A DNA stretch of 64,000 nt, taken from Planctomycetota bacterium (GTDB taxonomy: Bacteria; Planctomycetota; Brocadiia; JAADGH01). The notes below the pieces were generated by a model. That model searched no databases. It was given only the letters and a program-made list of their open reading frames with translations, and was not told the DNA's origin. This document shows positions 1-9,360 of the stretch, one piece after another. The stretch's first letter is position 1; each line of letters opens with the position of its first letter. The stretch spans positions 192,001-256,000 of the forward strand of contig JBFMAD010000003.1 in assembly GCA_040755855.1 (NCBI GenBank). Reading direction: 5' to 3'. The translations under genes were made by a program, and so were the position numbers.

Positions 1-26
1 TAAGCGAGGCGCGGCGGATTGTCAAC

Positions 27-56
27 TTGCGAAAAACGTCCGGATAGTGTTATAAT
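27..56 (+). promoter_or_regulatory. sigma70-type promoter with extended -10, probably giving a leaderless mRNA
   Basis: TTGCGA(27-32)-N18-TATAAT(51-56), TG at 48-49. ATG at 64 lies 7 nt downstream with no SD. Confidence 0.55.
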
Positions 57-63
57 GCCCGAC

Positions 64-1359
64 ATGAAACGGCCCAATATAATGCTCATCATCGTTCACG
101 ACCTCGGCGCGCGGCTCGGGTGCTACGGCGAGAGATCGGTGCACAGCCCGTGCCTCGATGCGCTGGCGGCGGAGGGGGTCCGGTTCGACAACCACTTCGC
201 CGCGGCCTGCTACTGCAGCCCCAGCCGAGGGGCGATCATCACAGGCAAGTATCCGCACGTCAACGGCCTGATGGGGCTGGTCAACCTCGACTGGGACCTG
301 CCCCGGTCCAACCGCACGCTCGACCAGGTCCTGGGTGATGCGAGATACGAGACCTACCTCTTCGGCCTGCAGCACGAAGTGAAGCAGGTGGAACATCTCG
401 GGTTCAAGCACCTGCCCGACCGGTCCGTGGGCGTCGCCTGCGAGAGGGTTGCCCCCCAGGTGGCGGAGTTCCTGAGGGGATGGAAAGGCGAGGCCCCGTT
501 CTACGCCCGCGCCGGGTTCGGGGAAGTCCATCGGAAATACGACAGGTATAAGCGCGAAGACCCGGCTACGGTAGATGTGCCCCCGTACATGAAGGACACC
601 CCAGGCGCGCGTGAGGACCTGGCCATGTTCCACGGCGCGATCCGCACGATGGACGCGGCGGTGGGGACGATCCTCGACGCGCTGGACGAGGCCGGTCTCG
701 AGGACAACACGATCGTTCTCTTCACCACGGACCACGGCCCCGCCTTTCCCCGAGCCAAGGCTACGCTCTACGATCCTGGGATTCAAACGACGCTGCTCAT
801 GCGGTGGCCGGAAGGATTCGAAGGGGGAAAGGTTTATCCGCAGATGCTCAGCAACGTTGACATCATGCCGACGATCCTGGAGGCCGCCGGCGCGCCCGCA
901 CCGGAGGGGGTGCAGGGGCGGTCGTTCCTGCCGCTTCTGGCCGACGGGAGGTATAAGCCAAATGAGTTGGTCTTTGCCGAAAAGAACACCCATCCCGACG
1001 ACATCAAACGGTGCATCCGCACCTGCCGGCATAAGTATATTCGCAACTACAACGAAGGCCCGATGCTGAGACTTCCATCCGACATTGAGACCAGCCTGAC
1101 CCGCCGCGACATGGGGAACGACCACCTCCGCCCCCGGCCGCCGGTCGAGCTGTACGACCTCGCCGCCGACCCGAACGAGACGGACAACTTAGCGGGGAGG
1201 CCCGAGGCCGCCGAGGTCGAAAAGGAGTTGGCGTCGAGACTTGAGGCGCTTATGGAAGAGACGAACGATCCCCTCCTGCGCGGACCCATCCCCCGCCCGC
1301 CCGGCGAGGCCGCGTGCCTTCAAAGACTGCGAGAGCGTGTGGAAAGGGAGCGCCTGTGA
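64..1359 (+). CDS. sulfatase (S1 family, N-sulfoglucosamine sulfohydrolase-like)
   Basis: RPNIMLIIVHD start, CSPSR (CxPxR formylglycine motif), TTDHG, ELYDL..DP.E C-terminus. Start moved from 19 to ATG 64. Confidence 0.9.
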   Translation: MKRPNIMLIIVHDLGARLGCYGERSVHSPCLDALAAEGVRFDNHFAAACYCSPSRGAIITGKYPHVNGLMGLVNLDWDLPRSNRTLDQVLGDARYETYLFGLQHEVKQVEHLGFKHLPDRSVGVACERVAPQVAEFLRGWKGEAPFYARAGFGEVHRKYDRYKREDPATVDVPPYMKDTPGAREDLAMFHGAIRTMDAAVGTILDALDEAGLEDNTIVLFTTDHGPAFPRAKATLYDPGIQTTLLMRWPEGFEGGKVYPQMLSNVDIMPTILEAAGAPAPEGVQGRSFLPLLADGRYKPNELVFAEKNTHPDDIKRCIRTCRHKYIRNYNEGPMLRLPSDIETSLTRRDMGNDHLRPRPPVELYDLAADPNETDNLAGRPEAAEVEKELASRLEALMEETNDPLLRGPIPRPPGEAACLQRLRERVERERL

Positions 1360-3443
1360 CGAGCGGGCACCTTACCCGAAAAGAATGGTTCGCCCTTGCG
1401 GGCGTGTTCGCCCTGGCCCTGGCGGCGCGACTGGTCGCCATGGCCGTCGCCTTCGATCCGAATCTCAAGTTTGAGAAGTACTTCGACCTCGCCCGCCGCC
1501 TCATCGCCAACGGCTGGGCGGCGAAGGAGGCGTTTGCCTACGCCCCCGGATACGTCTATTTCATGGCCGTTTTCGTGGGGATGGGGACGTCGCCCGGCGT
1601 GATCTGTCTCGTGCAGATTTTCCTCGGCTCGTTCACCTGTGTGTTCATCCATCTCATCGCCCGGCGGCTCTTCGACCATCGCGTGGCGCTGGCGACGGGG
1701 ATTATGGCCGCGATCTACGGACCGTTTCTCACCTATGACATCGAGTTCCTATCCGACTCGTTCGGGACGTTCCTCTACTGCGCCGCGGCGCTGGCCCTTC
1801 TGTGGGCCCTGTCGCAACCGGGGATCGTGGAATTCGTGTCGGCGGGGCTGCTCCTCGGTCTTCGCACCGTCCAGCGGCCGAATGTGTTGCTGCTTGTCCC
1901 ATTCGTTGTCCTCCTCGTTGTCTTCAAATTCGTCCGGCCGTATGGCGTCAAGCGCATCATTGCATGGTGCGCCATTCTGCTCTTAGGTGTATTCGTCCCC
2001 ATTCTTCCCATAGCAATCCAGAACTATATCGTTACAAAGGAGTTTATTCCCATCACGGATTCCGGTGGGTATGTTTTCTACTGCAGCAACAATCACGGCT
2101 CGGAGGGCTTGCGCTACAATCCTCCCGGCTTGGTGGCGCAGCAGATGCAGCGCGATCCGGGGGCGGAAGAGACCTACGTGGACCTCATGGATGACATCCT
2201 GTCACAGAGGGTGGCAAGCCTGGTCGAGGGCCGGACGCTCAGCCCGAAGGAGTCATCCAGGTTCTGGTTCAGAGAGGGGCTTAAGTGCATCCGAAGCCGA
2301 GGGATTGGTCAATTCCGAATCCTGGCTAAGAAGGCGTTCTATATGTTTAATGCCTATCGTAGCCACGACACCTTTCCAGTCCTGGTGAAGGATGAAAAAC
2401 TCGGTTGTTTAATCTGGTTCGGGATGGGTATCGTCGCCCCGTTCGCATTTGTTGGAATGGTCGTTACCGGACGGGAGTGGCGGAAGCTTCTCCTGGGATA
2501 CGCCCTGGTCCTCACGCCCTTTGCGTCAATGATGATCTTCTACGTTGCGTCGCGTTTTAGTCTCGAACTGGGGGCGGCGCTTATTCCCTTCGCGGCCGCC
2601 GGCATGCTCTGGATGGTAGACCACTGCCGGGCGGGGAGGGTCGGGAGGGCCGTCGCGCCAGCGATTGCTTTGCTCCTTCTTCTCATCGCAAGCCATTACC
2701 GCGATGCGCTGATCGTCCAACAGACCCGGATCCATGAGATTCATCGGCGCCTCTACGAGGGGGAGATTACGCGCGACAACGGACGTGTTCACGATGCGAT
2801 GATCCAATTCCAATCCGGGATTGCCCTGGCTAAATACCCGGGCGAGGCGTCCGGCTGCGCCCAGGCCCTTGCCGACATCTATCGTCGAATGGGAGAGGCG
2901 GAGAAGGCGCGGGAACTCTCCGCGTTTACAAGGGGCAACCTGACTCCGCAGATGATCCGCCGTCTGCAATCGCTGGGCGATGACTTCGAGGCGCGTTTCG
3001 CTCTCGGGCAACATTTTCTGCTCATCAAGGAGTACGACAAGGCGGTTGATCATCTCTCCAGATCGGTTGAGCTGGACCCATACAACTCTGTTGCACGATT
3101 CTTTATGGCGGAGGCCCTGTTCTCTGGGAAGCGCGTCTCGCCTGAGAAGATCGTTGTGGAAATCCGTGAGTCGCTGGACTACGGCCTGCGGTTTTCGCCG
3201 TGGGCGCATCGCGCCTATATGCTCATTGCTCGGTGTTGCATGGCCGAGGCGGACTGGCAGGCGACGGTCAAGGCCCTGCGGCGCGCCCTGGCATACGCCC
3301 CCAATTATGGTCCTGCCCATGCGCTTCTGGCAAACGCCCTATTCGAGGTCGGCGAACCTGACGCGGCACAGGGACACGCGAGGCGCGCCAGGGAGCTGGG
3401 GGCCGCCGAGGAACTGGCCCCGGGGCTTCGCTCGACGAGGTAA
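1356..3443 (+). CDS. GT-C fold membrane glycosyltransferase (ArnT/PMT family 39-like) with C-terminal TPR repeats
   Basis: Multiple TM helices, APGY.YF and RPN motifs, TPR-like helices (AVDHLSRSVELDP, ALRRALAYAPNY). GTG overlaps the sulfatase TGA (GTGA). Confidence 0.8.
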   Translation: MTSGHLTRKEWFALAGVFALALAARLVAMAVAFDPNLKFEKYFDLARRLIANGWAAKEAFAYAPGYVYFMAVFVGMGTSPGVICLVQIFLGSFTCVFIHLIARRLFDHRVALATGIMAAIYGPFLTYDIEFLSDSFGTFLYCAAALALLWALSQPGIVEFVSAGLLLGLRTVQRPNVLLLVPFVVLLVVFKFVRPYGVKRIIAWCAILLLGVFVPILPIAIQNYIVTKEFIPITDSGGYVFYCSNNHGSEGLRYNPPGLVAQQMQRDPGAEETYVDLMDDILSQRVASLVEGRTLSPKESSRFWFREGLKCIRSRGIGQFRILAKKAFYMFNAYRSHDTFPVLVKDEKLGCLIWFGMGIVAPFAFVGMVVTGREWRKLLLGYALVLTPFASMMIFYVASRFSLELGAALIPFAAAGMLWMVDHCRAGRVGRAVAPAIALLLLLIASHYRDALIVQQTRIHEIHRRLYEGEITRDNGRVHDAMIQFQSGIALAKYPGEASGCAQALADIYRRMGEAEKARELSAFTRGNLTPQMIRRLQSLGDDFEARFALGQHFLLIKEYDKAVDHLSRSVELDPYNSVARFFMAEALFSGKRVSPEKIVVEIRESLDYGLRFSPWAHRAYMLIARCCMAEADWQATVKALRRALAYAPNYGPAHALLANALFEVGEPDAAQGHARRARELGAAEELAPGLRSTR

Positions 3444-3445
3444 TT

Positions 3446-3481
3446 AAAAACGCTGAGGGCGACCTGAACGGTCGCCCTCAG
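3446..3481 (-). terminator. intrinsic terminator for the pilin gene, possibly bidirectional
   Basis: 12-bp stem CTGAGGGCGACC-N5-GGTCGCCCTCAG between convergent genes. The A-run at 3446-3450 gives a U-tract on the minus strand. Confidence 0.75.
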
Positions 3482-3514
3482 TCCATCTGCTACAAGACAA
3501 TGGCTAAGACGATC

Positions 3515-4294
3515 TTAGCCAGCCGGGTTCCACAGATTGCCGTCATTGGAGTCGGGGTTGCCCGCCGCATCCTTGCCGGAAATCTTGCTATTGAACCATC
3601 CGTCGCCGTCGCCGTCGGCCTGGTAGGCTGCGCCGTAGCTTGCCTGCTGCGCGGCCGTCCCGTTGTAGGTCGTGTTGTTCATCTTGCTGCCGTAGGTCTC
3701 GCCGACCTCATTGATGAAGAACACGCGCTGGCCGGTGCTGTTCAACTCGACAGGCCATGCATAAACGGCAAAGCTGGATTCCTGCCGGTTGATGATGGCC
3801 CTGTTGGCGATGGCCAGAGGCGTGCCCCAGGTGGTGGAGGTCCCGTCTGTACTCGTGTCATCGCCGCCATCCGTCGCCGCATCCGAGGGCGGGTCCGCGA
3901 TGGGGAGATACAGGCGGTAGAAGTAACCCGACTTCTCAGCATAGCCCGCGGCGCCAGCAGCGGCGCCCGTCATAAACTGCTGGGAGATGTAGATCGGGCT
4001 TACGGGTGCAGCCGTGCCTGCCTGCTGGGCGGTGCTTCGCCTCGGGCAGACCTCGCCGCAGAGCTCGCAGAGCCATCCGTATTCCCCGACGCCATCGTCG
4101 TCCTGATCGGTTTCCGCTTGCTGCTTGTAGATGGCCTCTTGCGTCGAAACCGTCTTCAGCGAGCCGGTCGTGGCCGATTCATTGGCCGCCATCCGCGAAC
4201 GAAGCAGGTTCGGGATAGCGATGGCGGCGATGATGGCAATGATCGCGACCACGATCATCAGCTCAATCAGCGTAAATCCTCTTTCCTTCCGCAT
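3515..4294 (-). CDS. type IV pilin-like protein (prepilin N-terminal cleavage/methylation motif)
   Basis: MRKERG/FTLIELMIVVAIIAIIAAIAIPNLL class III signal with E5; strong SD GAGGAG. Confidence 0.9.
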   Translation of the reverse strand: MRKERGFTLIELMIVVAIIAIIAAIAIPNLLRSRMAANESATTGSLKTVSTQEAIYKQQAETDQDDDGVGEYGWLCELCGEVCPRRSTAQQAGTAAPVSPIYISQQFMTGAAAGAAGYAEKSGYFYRLYLPIADPPSDAATDGGDDTSTDGTSTTWGTPLAIANRAIINRQESSFAVYAWPVELNSTGQRVFFINEVGETYGSKMNNTTYNGTAAQQASYGAAYQADGDGDGWFNSKISGKDAAGNPDSNDGNLWNPAG

Positions 4295-4457
4295 CTCACT
4301 CCTCCTCTTTCAGTAAAGCCAACAACAGAAAAGCCCTATAACGACTCACCCAGGACAGCTTTTCTTAGCACCTCCTTCCCGAGAATCTGACTCAGAAAAC
4401 ATACCTTATTCTTAAGCCTCTTGTCCGGTTTTTCGGACAATTCGTGTCCCTCACCCT

Positions 4458-4473
4458 CGCAAAGTCAATACCA
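4458..4473 (-). promoter_or_regulatory. sigma54 (-24/-12) promoter of the pilin gene
   Basis: Minus strand reads TGGTAT-TGACT-TTGCG (GG-N10-GC). Confidence 0.6.
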
Positions 4474-4573
4474 TAACTCGTGAATGGCCAGTTTTAATGT
4501 CTTAACCCCTTTGATAAGCAGGAGCTGTGATAACTCTAATCCCTCGGTTAGCCCCTTCGGTCCCGCGCCGGAC

Positions 4574-4630
4574 TGACAATTTACGTCACTTTCACTGGTC
4601 CCGAACTATGGAATCTGACAATTTTTGTCA
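4574..4630. promoter_or_regulatory. paired palindromic sites TGACAATTTnnGTCA, candidate enhancer (UAS) for a sigma54 activator
   Basis: TGACAATTTACGTCA (4574-4588) and TGACAATTTTTGTCA (4616-4630), 42 bp apart, about 100-160 bp upstream of the -24 element. Confidence 0.5.
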
Positions 4631-4775
4631 ATTGGCTGATTCGTGCACAAATTCGTGCACAAACCGGTAAACAGGGTGCCTGAGTCCTCGGCAGGAATAT
4701 TGTTGACTTTGCCCCCTGGTATCTTAACATATCAACGAGTTGTGTCACGACCACGAAACGATGGGAGGTCTTGCC

Positions 4776-5747
4776 GTGAATAGTCCGTTGAGAATCGGAT
4801 TTGTCGGATGTGGGGGGATCGCCGGGGCGCATATCGGAGGTTATCAGGCCAACGCCGGCGTGGAATTGGCGGCCGCCTGCGACATCAGTGAGAAAGCAGC
4901 AAGGAGTGTTGCGGAGAGGATCGGCGGCAGGGCATACACCGACTTTGAAGAGATGCTGGATAAGGAGAAATTGGACGCCGTCAGCCTCCTCACGCCTCCC
5001 GCCGTTCGGCTGCCGATGACGCAAATCATCTGTGAACACAAGGTTCACATCTTTTGCGAAAAGCCCCTGGCCGATTCTGTCGCCGTGGCCAGGAACATGG
5101 CAAAGGCGGCCGAGGAGAACGATGTCCTCCTGATGGTGGCCCAGTGCCACAAGTTCCATGAGCCGGTTCGCAGGACGCGCGCTCTTATCGAGGACGGCAC
5201 GCTCGGCAAGATTCGGATGATCCGGAACCGCTTCGGCTACAGCTGGACGAAGACCGACGATCAGGTGCGGGGCAGAGGGGGCGTCCTCCTTGACAACGGC
5301 GCGCACTCCTCTTATCTCGTTCGCTTTCTGGGCGGCGAACCCGTGGGGGTTATGGCCCGGGGCGACCGCGCCGACGACATCACCCTCCTCCGCGATGTGG
5401 CGGCTGTCTTGGAGACGGACGACGGCTGCATCAGCATTATCGAGCTCAACGGCACCGTGCCGAAGTCCAAGGGCGTCATCGAAGTCTACGGCACGGGGGG
5501 CATGGCGGTCATTGACTATGCCGGAGAATCAGCCTTCTTTCCGGGCGGCTCCAACGAGAAGGTCGTCCTCACCGATCCGGGCCTTCCCGGCAGCCACCGC
5601 TTTGATCGTGAGATCGGGCACTTCCTCGCATGCATCCGAGGCGACGAAACTCCGGTGATTGGCGCCGAAGAGGGCATCCGCGACCTTATGGTGATCGAGG
5701 CCATCTTCAAATCAATTCAGCAAGGCGTGAGGGTCGAGGTAGGCTGA
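4776..5747 (+). CDS. Gfo/Idh/MocA family NAD(P)-dependent oxidoreductase
   Basis: RIGFVGCGGIA Rossmann motif, CEKP, GGVLLDNGAH. SD GGGAGG before GTG 4776. Confidence 0.9.
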   Translation: MNSPLRIGFVGCGGIAGAHIGGYQANAGVELAAACDISEKAARSVAERIGGRAYTDFEEMLDKEKLDAVSLLTPPAVRLPMTQIICEHKVHIFCEKPLADSVAVARNMAKAAEENDVLLMVAQCHKFHEPVRRTRALIEDGTLGKIRMIRNRFGYSWTKTDDQVRGRGGVLLDNGAHSSYLVRFLGGEPVGVMARGDRADDITLLRDVAAVLETDDGCISIIELNGTVPKSKGVIEVYGTGGMAVIDYAGESAFFPGGSNEKVVLTDPGLPGSHRFDREIGHFLACIRGDETPVIGAEEGIRDLMVIEAIFKSIQQGVRVEVG

Positions 5748-5768
5748 TCCGAGCCGAGAGGCGCCGCG

Positions 5769-8729
5769 TTATCGCTTGCCCGTCCCCTGGCAGCGCGTGC
5801 ACTGCACTTGTCCTTTTTCCTTGCATTTGGTGCAGGGGACCTGGATCTCCTGGGTGCCGTTGCATTTGACGCAGGTCTGTCGGCCGGTCCCCTTGCACGC
5901 ATGGCAGGCAGGTTTGCCTCGTCCATAGCATTTCGGACAGGGCTTTCCCCCTATGAGGCAGGCCCCGTTGCAGGTGGGGCATTTTCGTTTCGTCGGAACT
6001 TTGCCCGTGCCCCCGCAGGGCCGGCAATCCCACTTGCCCTGCATGCCGCAGAAAGGGCACCCCTTTCCCTTGCAGCGATCACAGGTTAGTTTCCCCCTGC
6101 CCTTGCACTCGTCGCAGCGCGCCGTAAGCTGAAGGCCGAGGCCGAGGCACTTATCGCATTTGGGCAGGAGGTGGGGATTTCGACATGCGTCGCACGGCAA
6201 AGTCAGCTTCCCGTCTCCCCCGCACGCGTCGCAGAGGATGAAACCCGTTCCGGCGCACTCCGTGCACATACCCTCGCATTCGCGCACGGTCTTTTCAAGG
6301 AGATCGGCAAGGGTGGCGTCAAATTTCTTTTTCTGGAGATCGGCGTCGCCGACGATCCTCGTATCGGCGAACTTCGACGTCAGTTTCCCCAGGAGCGTCA
6401 GCACCTCGAATGGCCTGCGGCCCTTCCACGCAGCGACAAGGTCAGCGAAGACCATCTCGGCGCGCATCTCGTTGATGTCTTTTGCCGCGATGGGTTCCAT
6501 AGACCCGATGTCGTCGGTGGGAAGTAATCGCCGGACATCCTTGCTCTCCCCCTCCAGGGGTTCGATTTCTACAGCCCCTTGCCGCTTCTCGCGCAGCTTG
6601 CCGTAGAGCACCTCACCCTTCTTCAACTTCACCACACGAAGATCGTTTGTCTCCGGCAGGGGAGACTTGGGCCCTTCCTCCTTTATGGACTGGATCGCGG
6701 TTTTCGACCGATCGAGAAAGTCGGTCAGCTTTGCCCGATGGCCTTCATACTCCGGCAACGCCAAATAGTATTCCGAGGCGGCAAGGGCCGCATAGGCGTT
6801 CTGCTTCGTCTGACACGTATCCAGGAGCCGATTCATCCGCGCCTGGCGGTCCTTCTCCGTGTCCATCTGGCCTTGAGCATTTTCGGCGAGGGAGACGGCG
6901 TCGGTCTTCAAGCCAAGGGATTGCGCCAGCTCCGCCGCCCGCCGGAATTCCTCGGACGCCCTCTGCCAGTCTTCCTTCGCGTAAGCGTCCTTCGCTATCG
7001 CATAGGTGTTATAATACAGTTTGATATTTTTAACTCGTTCGATCCGTTTGGCAATGTGATCGCGGGCGCGCGTCTCGGCAATCAGGCTCTTGTACGCCGC
7101 TTCCGCTTCGTCCCATTTCTCCTGCGCATCGAGATGAATCGCCTCGATCGTTCGAAGCGCGACGGCCAACCGCGCTCGCACGGCGTCGTCTTCGTGTAGG
7201 TCGAGGGAGGCGCGATATTGATCCACCGCCTCCTGCCAGCGCGCGGCCGCCTCTAATTTCTCGCCCTCCCTCGCCAGGCGCTCGGCCGACGAGACGCGCT
7301 GCTGTTTTTCCTCTTGCTGCTCCCGCAGGTGGGCGGTCTCTCGCCGCTTCAAGACGAAGGACCGGACGCCATAGGCCGTGCCGACCACCACGGCCGCTAT
7401 GGCGATCAAGAGGAACGCCTTCAGAAAGATCGCAAGGGTTGCTTCGGCCTGTTGGCGTCGCCGCCGCCGAGCGGCCTCCTTTTGCAGATCGGCGCCGATC
7501 TCCCGAACGGGCGTTGGCTGCGGCGCCGCCTCCACCTGAGCGCGGTGGCGTTTGATAACGTCGGCGATGATGGTCTCGGCCTTGCCGGGAGGTATGTTTA
7601 GGTTCTTTGCCTTCCCGCGAAGGTCCTGAATCACCTCCGTCTCGCCGCCGCCCGAAGCGAAGGCATAGCGCGCCATCGTCTGGAAGATGCTAAGGTTGTC
7701 CACCTCGATGCTAATTCCGACGTCGGTGCTCTCTTCGGCTTCCACCTCCAGAGCGGAAATTTCCGTGCTGCCGGCCAGAAAATTATCTAAGTCCTTGATG
7801 ATCTCATCGCACGTTGCGTAGCGCCGCTCCGGTTTCTTCCGGGTCATTTTGGCGATAATGCTGCAGACGGATTCAGGCACGTCGGGCACATACTTCAGCG
7901 GCGACGGCATCTCTTCATAGACGTGCTTGTGGAGCACCGCCGCAGGTGTGGGCGCGTCGAACGGCACATGACCGGTAAGCATCTCAAAGAAGCAGATGCC
8001 GAGGGAATAGATGTCGCTCCGTTCATCCACCGCTTTGCCCGCCACTTGTTCCGGCGACATATAAAGGGGCGTCCCCAGGACGAATCCGGCAACGGTCAGG
8101 TCCTTCTGGCCGTCCTGCACCTTGGCCAGGCCAAAGTCGGCCACCTTGACGGTGCCATCTCTCATCAGCATGAGGTTCTGCAACTTCACATCGCGGTGGA
8201 TAATGTGCTTCTTGTGGGCCGCAGCCAACCCGCGAGAGGCGTCGCGGACGATTCGCGCGGCATCGCGGACCCCGAACCGGCCCTTCTCGCTGAGCGCCTC
8301 CCGAACGGTGCCCCCGTCGGCGTACTGCATCTCGATGAATAGGTGCTCCTCCTCCTTGCCCGCATAGTAGATGGTGAGGACGTTCGAGTGATCCAGACTG
8401 GCGGCCGAACGGGCCTCCGCGAGGAAGCGCTCGCTGATGTCCATCGGCCCCATGGTGGCCTGATCGGAGAGGATTTTTAGGGCGACGGTCTTGTCAAGGC
8501 GAACGTTTCGCGCCCGATACACCGAGGCCATTGCCCCCTCTCCCACCTTTTCCTGGACCTCGTAGTGGGCAAATTCCTTCCCCACGAAGGGATCCGGCTT
8601 GTCTTCCTTGGGGAGAGAGGCGAAGCGGAGCTTCTTGCCGCAGTTGGGGCAACGGAACTTCTTGCTGAGCACCGACTCGGGAGCCCTCACCTTGGAGCCG
8701 CATCTTGTGCATCGGACGATGATCGCCAA
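5769..8729 (-). CDS. membrane Ser/Thr protein kinase with N-terminal Zn ribbon, TM helix, TPR-like region and C-terminal CxxCxGxG repeats
   Basis: GEGAMASVY, VALK, HRDVKLQN, DFG, GTPLYMSPEQ, DIYSLG; N-terminal CxxC..CxxC; 14 CxxC motifs at the C-terminus. Confidence 0.9.
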   Translation of the reverse strand: MAIIVRCTRCGSKVRAPESVLSKKFRCPNCGKKLRFASLPKEDKPDPFVGKEFAHYEVQEKVGEGAMASVYRARNVRLDKTVALKILSDQATMGPMDISERFLAEARSAASLDHSNVLTIYYAGKEEEHLFIEMQYADGGTVREALSEKGRFGVRDAARIVRDASRGLAAAHKKHIIHRDVKLQNLMLMRDGTVKVADFGLAKVQDGQKDLTVAGFVLGTPLYMSPEQVAGKAVDERSDIYSLGICFFEMLTGHVPFDAPTPAAVLHKHVYEEMPSPLKYVPDVPESVCSIIAKMTRKKPERRYATCDEIIKDLDNFLAGSTEISALEVEAEESTDVGISIEVDNLSIFQTMARYAFASGGGETEVIQDLRGKAKNLNIPPGKAETIIADVIKRHRAQVEAAPQPTPVREIGADLQKEAARRRRRQQAEATLAIFLKAFLLIAIAAVVVGTAYGVRSFVLKRRETAHLREQQEEKQQRVSSAERLAREGEKLEAAARWQEAVDQYRASLDLHEDDAVRARLAVALRTIEAIHLDAQEKWDEAEAAYKSLIAETRARDHIAKRIERVKNIKLYYNTYAIAKDAYAKEDWQRASEEFRRAAELAQSLGLKTDAVSLAENAQGQMDTEKDRQARMNRLLDTCQTKQNAYAALAASEYYLALPEYEGHRAKLTDFLDRSKTAIQSIKEEGPKSPLPETNDLRVVKLKKGEVLYGKLREKRQGAVEIEPLEGESKDVRRLLPTDDIGSMEPIAAKDINEMRAEMVFADLVAAWKGRRPFEVLTLLGKLTSKFADTRIVGDADLQKKKFDATLADLLEKTVRECEGMCTECAGTGFILCDACGGDGKLTLPCDACRNPHLLPKCDKCLGLGLQLTARCDECKGRGKLTCDRCKGKGCPFCGMQGKWDCRPCGGTGKVPTKRKCPTCNGACLIGGKPCPKCYGRGKPACHACKGTGRQTCVKCNGTQEIQVPCTKCKEKGQVQCTRCQGTGKR

Positions 8730-8827
8730 GGAAATCCGTTCTCACGAAAGCCCGGAAGTTCTACCTGCGCCGCTTATATTGTCGGCGTTTTTTGCTCCGA
8801 TGTCAAGGGAAAGCTATTCCGTGCGAT

Positions 8828-9358
8828 TCAGCGCCGGCCGAATTTCTCCGCGAAAATAATTTCCGACATCGGCTTCCGGTTCGAGACGGGACGAAACGCC
8901 TTGTCCGACTTCGGGTAGCCGAGGGGCGTCAGCACGACGATGTCATAGCCAGCCGGTACTTCCAGTATCTCCTTCAACTGAGGATGGTCGAACGCGCCGA
9001 TCCAGCACGTGCCCAGCCCTTCGTTCCGCGCCGCGAGAGTGAGGTGGTCGAAGGAGATCGTGCAGTCCACCAGGAACATGTTGTCGGCGATCCAACTGTA
9101 GCTATCGTGGTAATTCTTCCCACAGCATACGATCACCACCGGCGCCTCCGCGATGAAGGCCTGATTGAACGCCACATCGGCGATCTTCTTCCGCGTTGCA
9201 TCATCCCTCGCCACGATGTACCGCCAGGGCTGGACATTGTTCGCCGACGGGGCTGACTGGGCGGCAGTCAGAATCCTCTTGAGTACGTCATCCGGAACCG
9301 GATCGCTCCGGTAGGAGCGAACGCTGCGGCGTGTGCTTACCACTTCGTCGAAGTCCAT
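8828..9358 (-). CDS. nitroreductase family protein
   Basis: RRSVRSY, APSANNVQPW, GLGTCWIG, LGYP, RKP motifs. Confidence 0.92.
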   Translation of the reverse strand: MDFDEVVSTRRSVRSYRSDPVPDDVLKRILTAAQSAPSANNVQPWRYIVARDDATRKKIADVAFNQAFIAEAPVVIVCCGKNYHDSYSWIADNMFLVDCTISFDHLTLAARNEGLGTCWIGAFDHPQLKEILEVPAGYDIVVLTPLGYPKSDKAFRPVSNRKPMSEIIFAEKFGRR

Positions 9359-9360
9359 GG

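Noticed and set aside
5769..6300. Multiheme cytochrome in the kinase tail
   Set aside because: The motifs are CxxCxGxG, not CxxCH.
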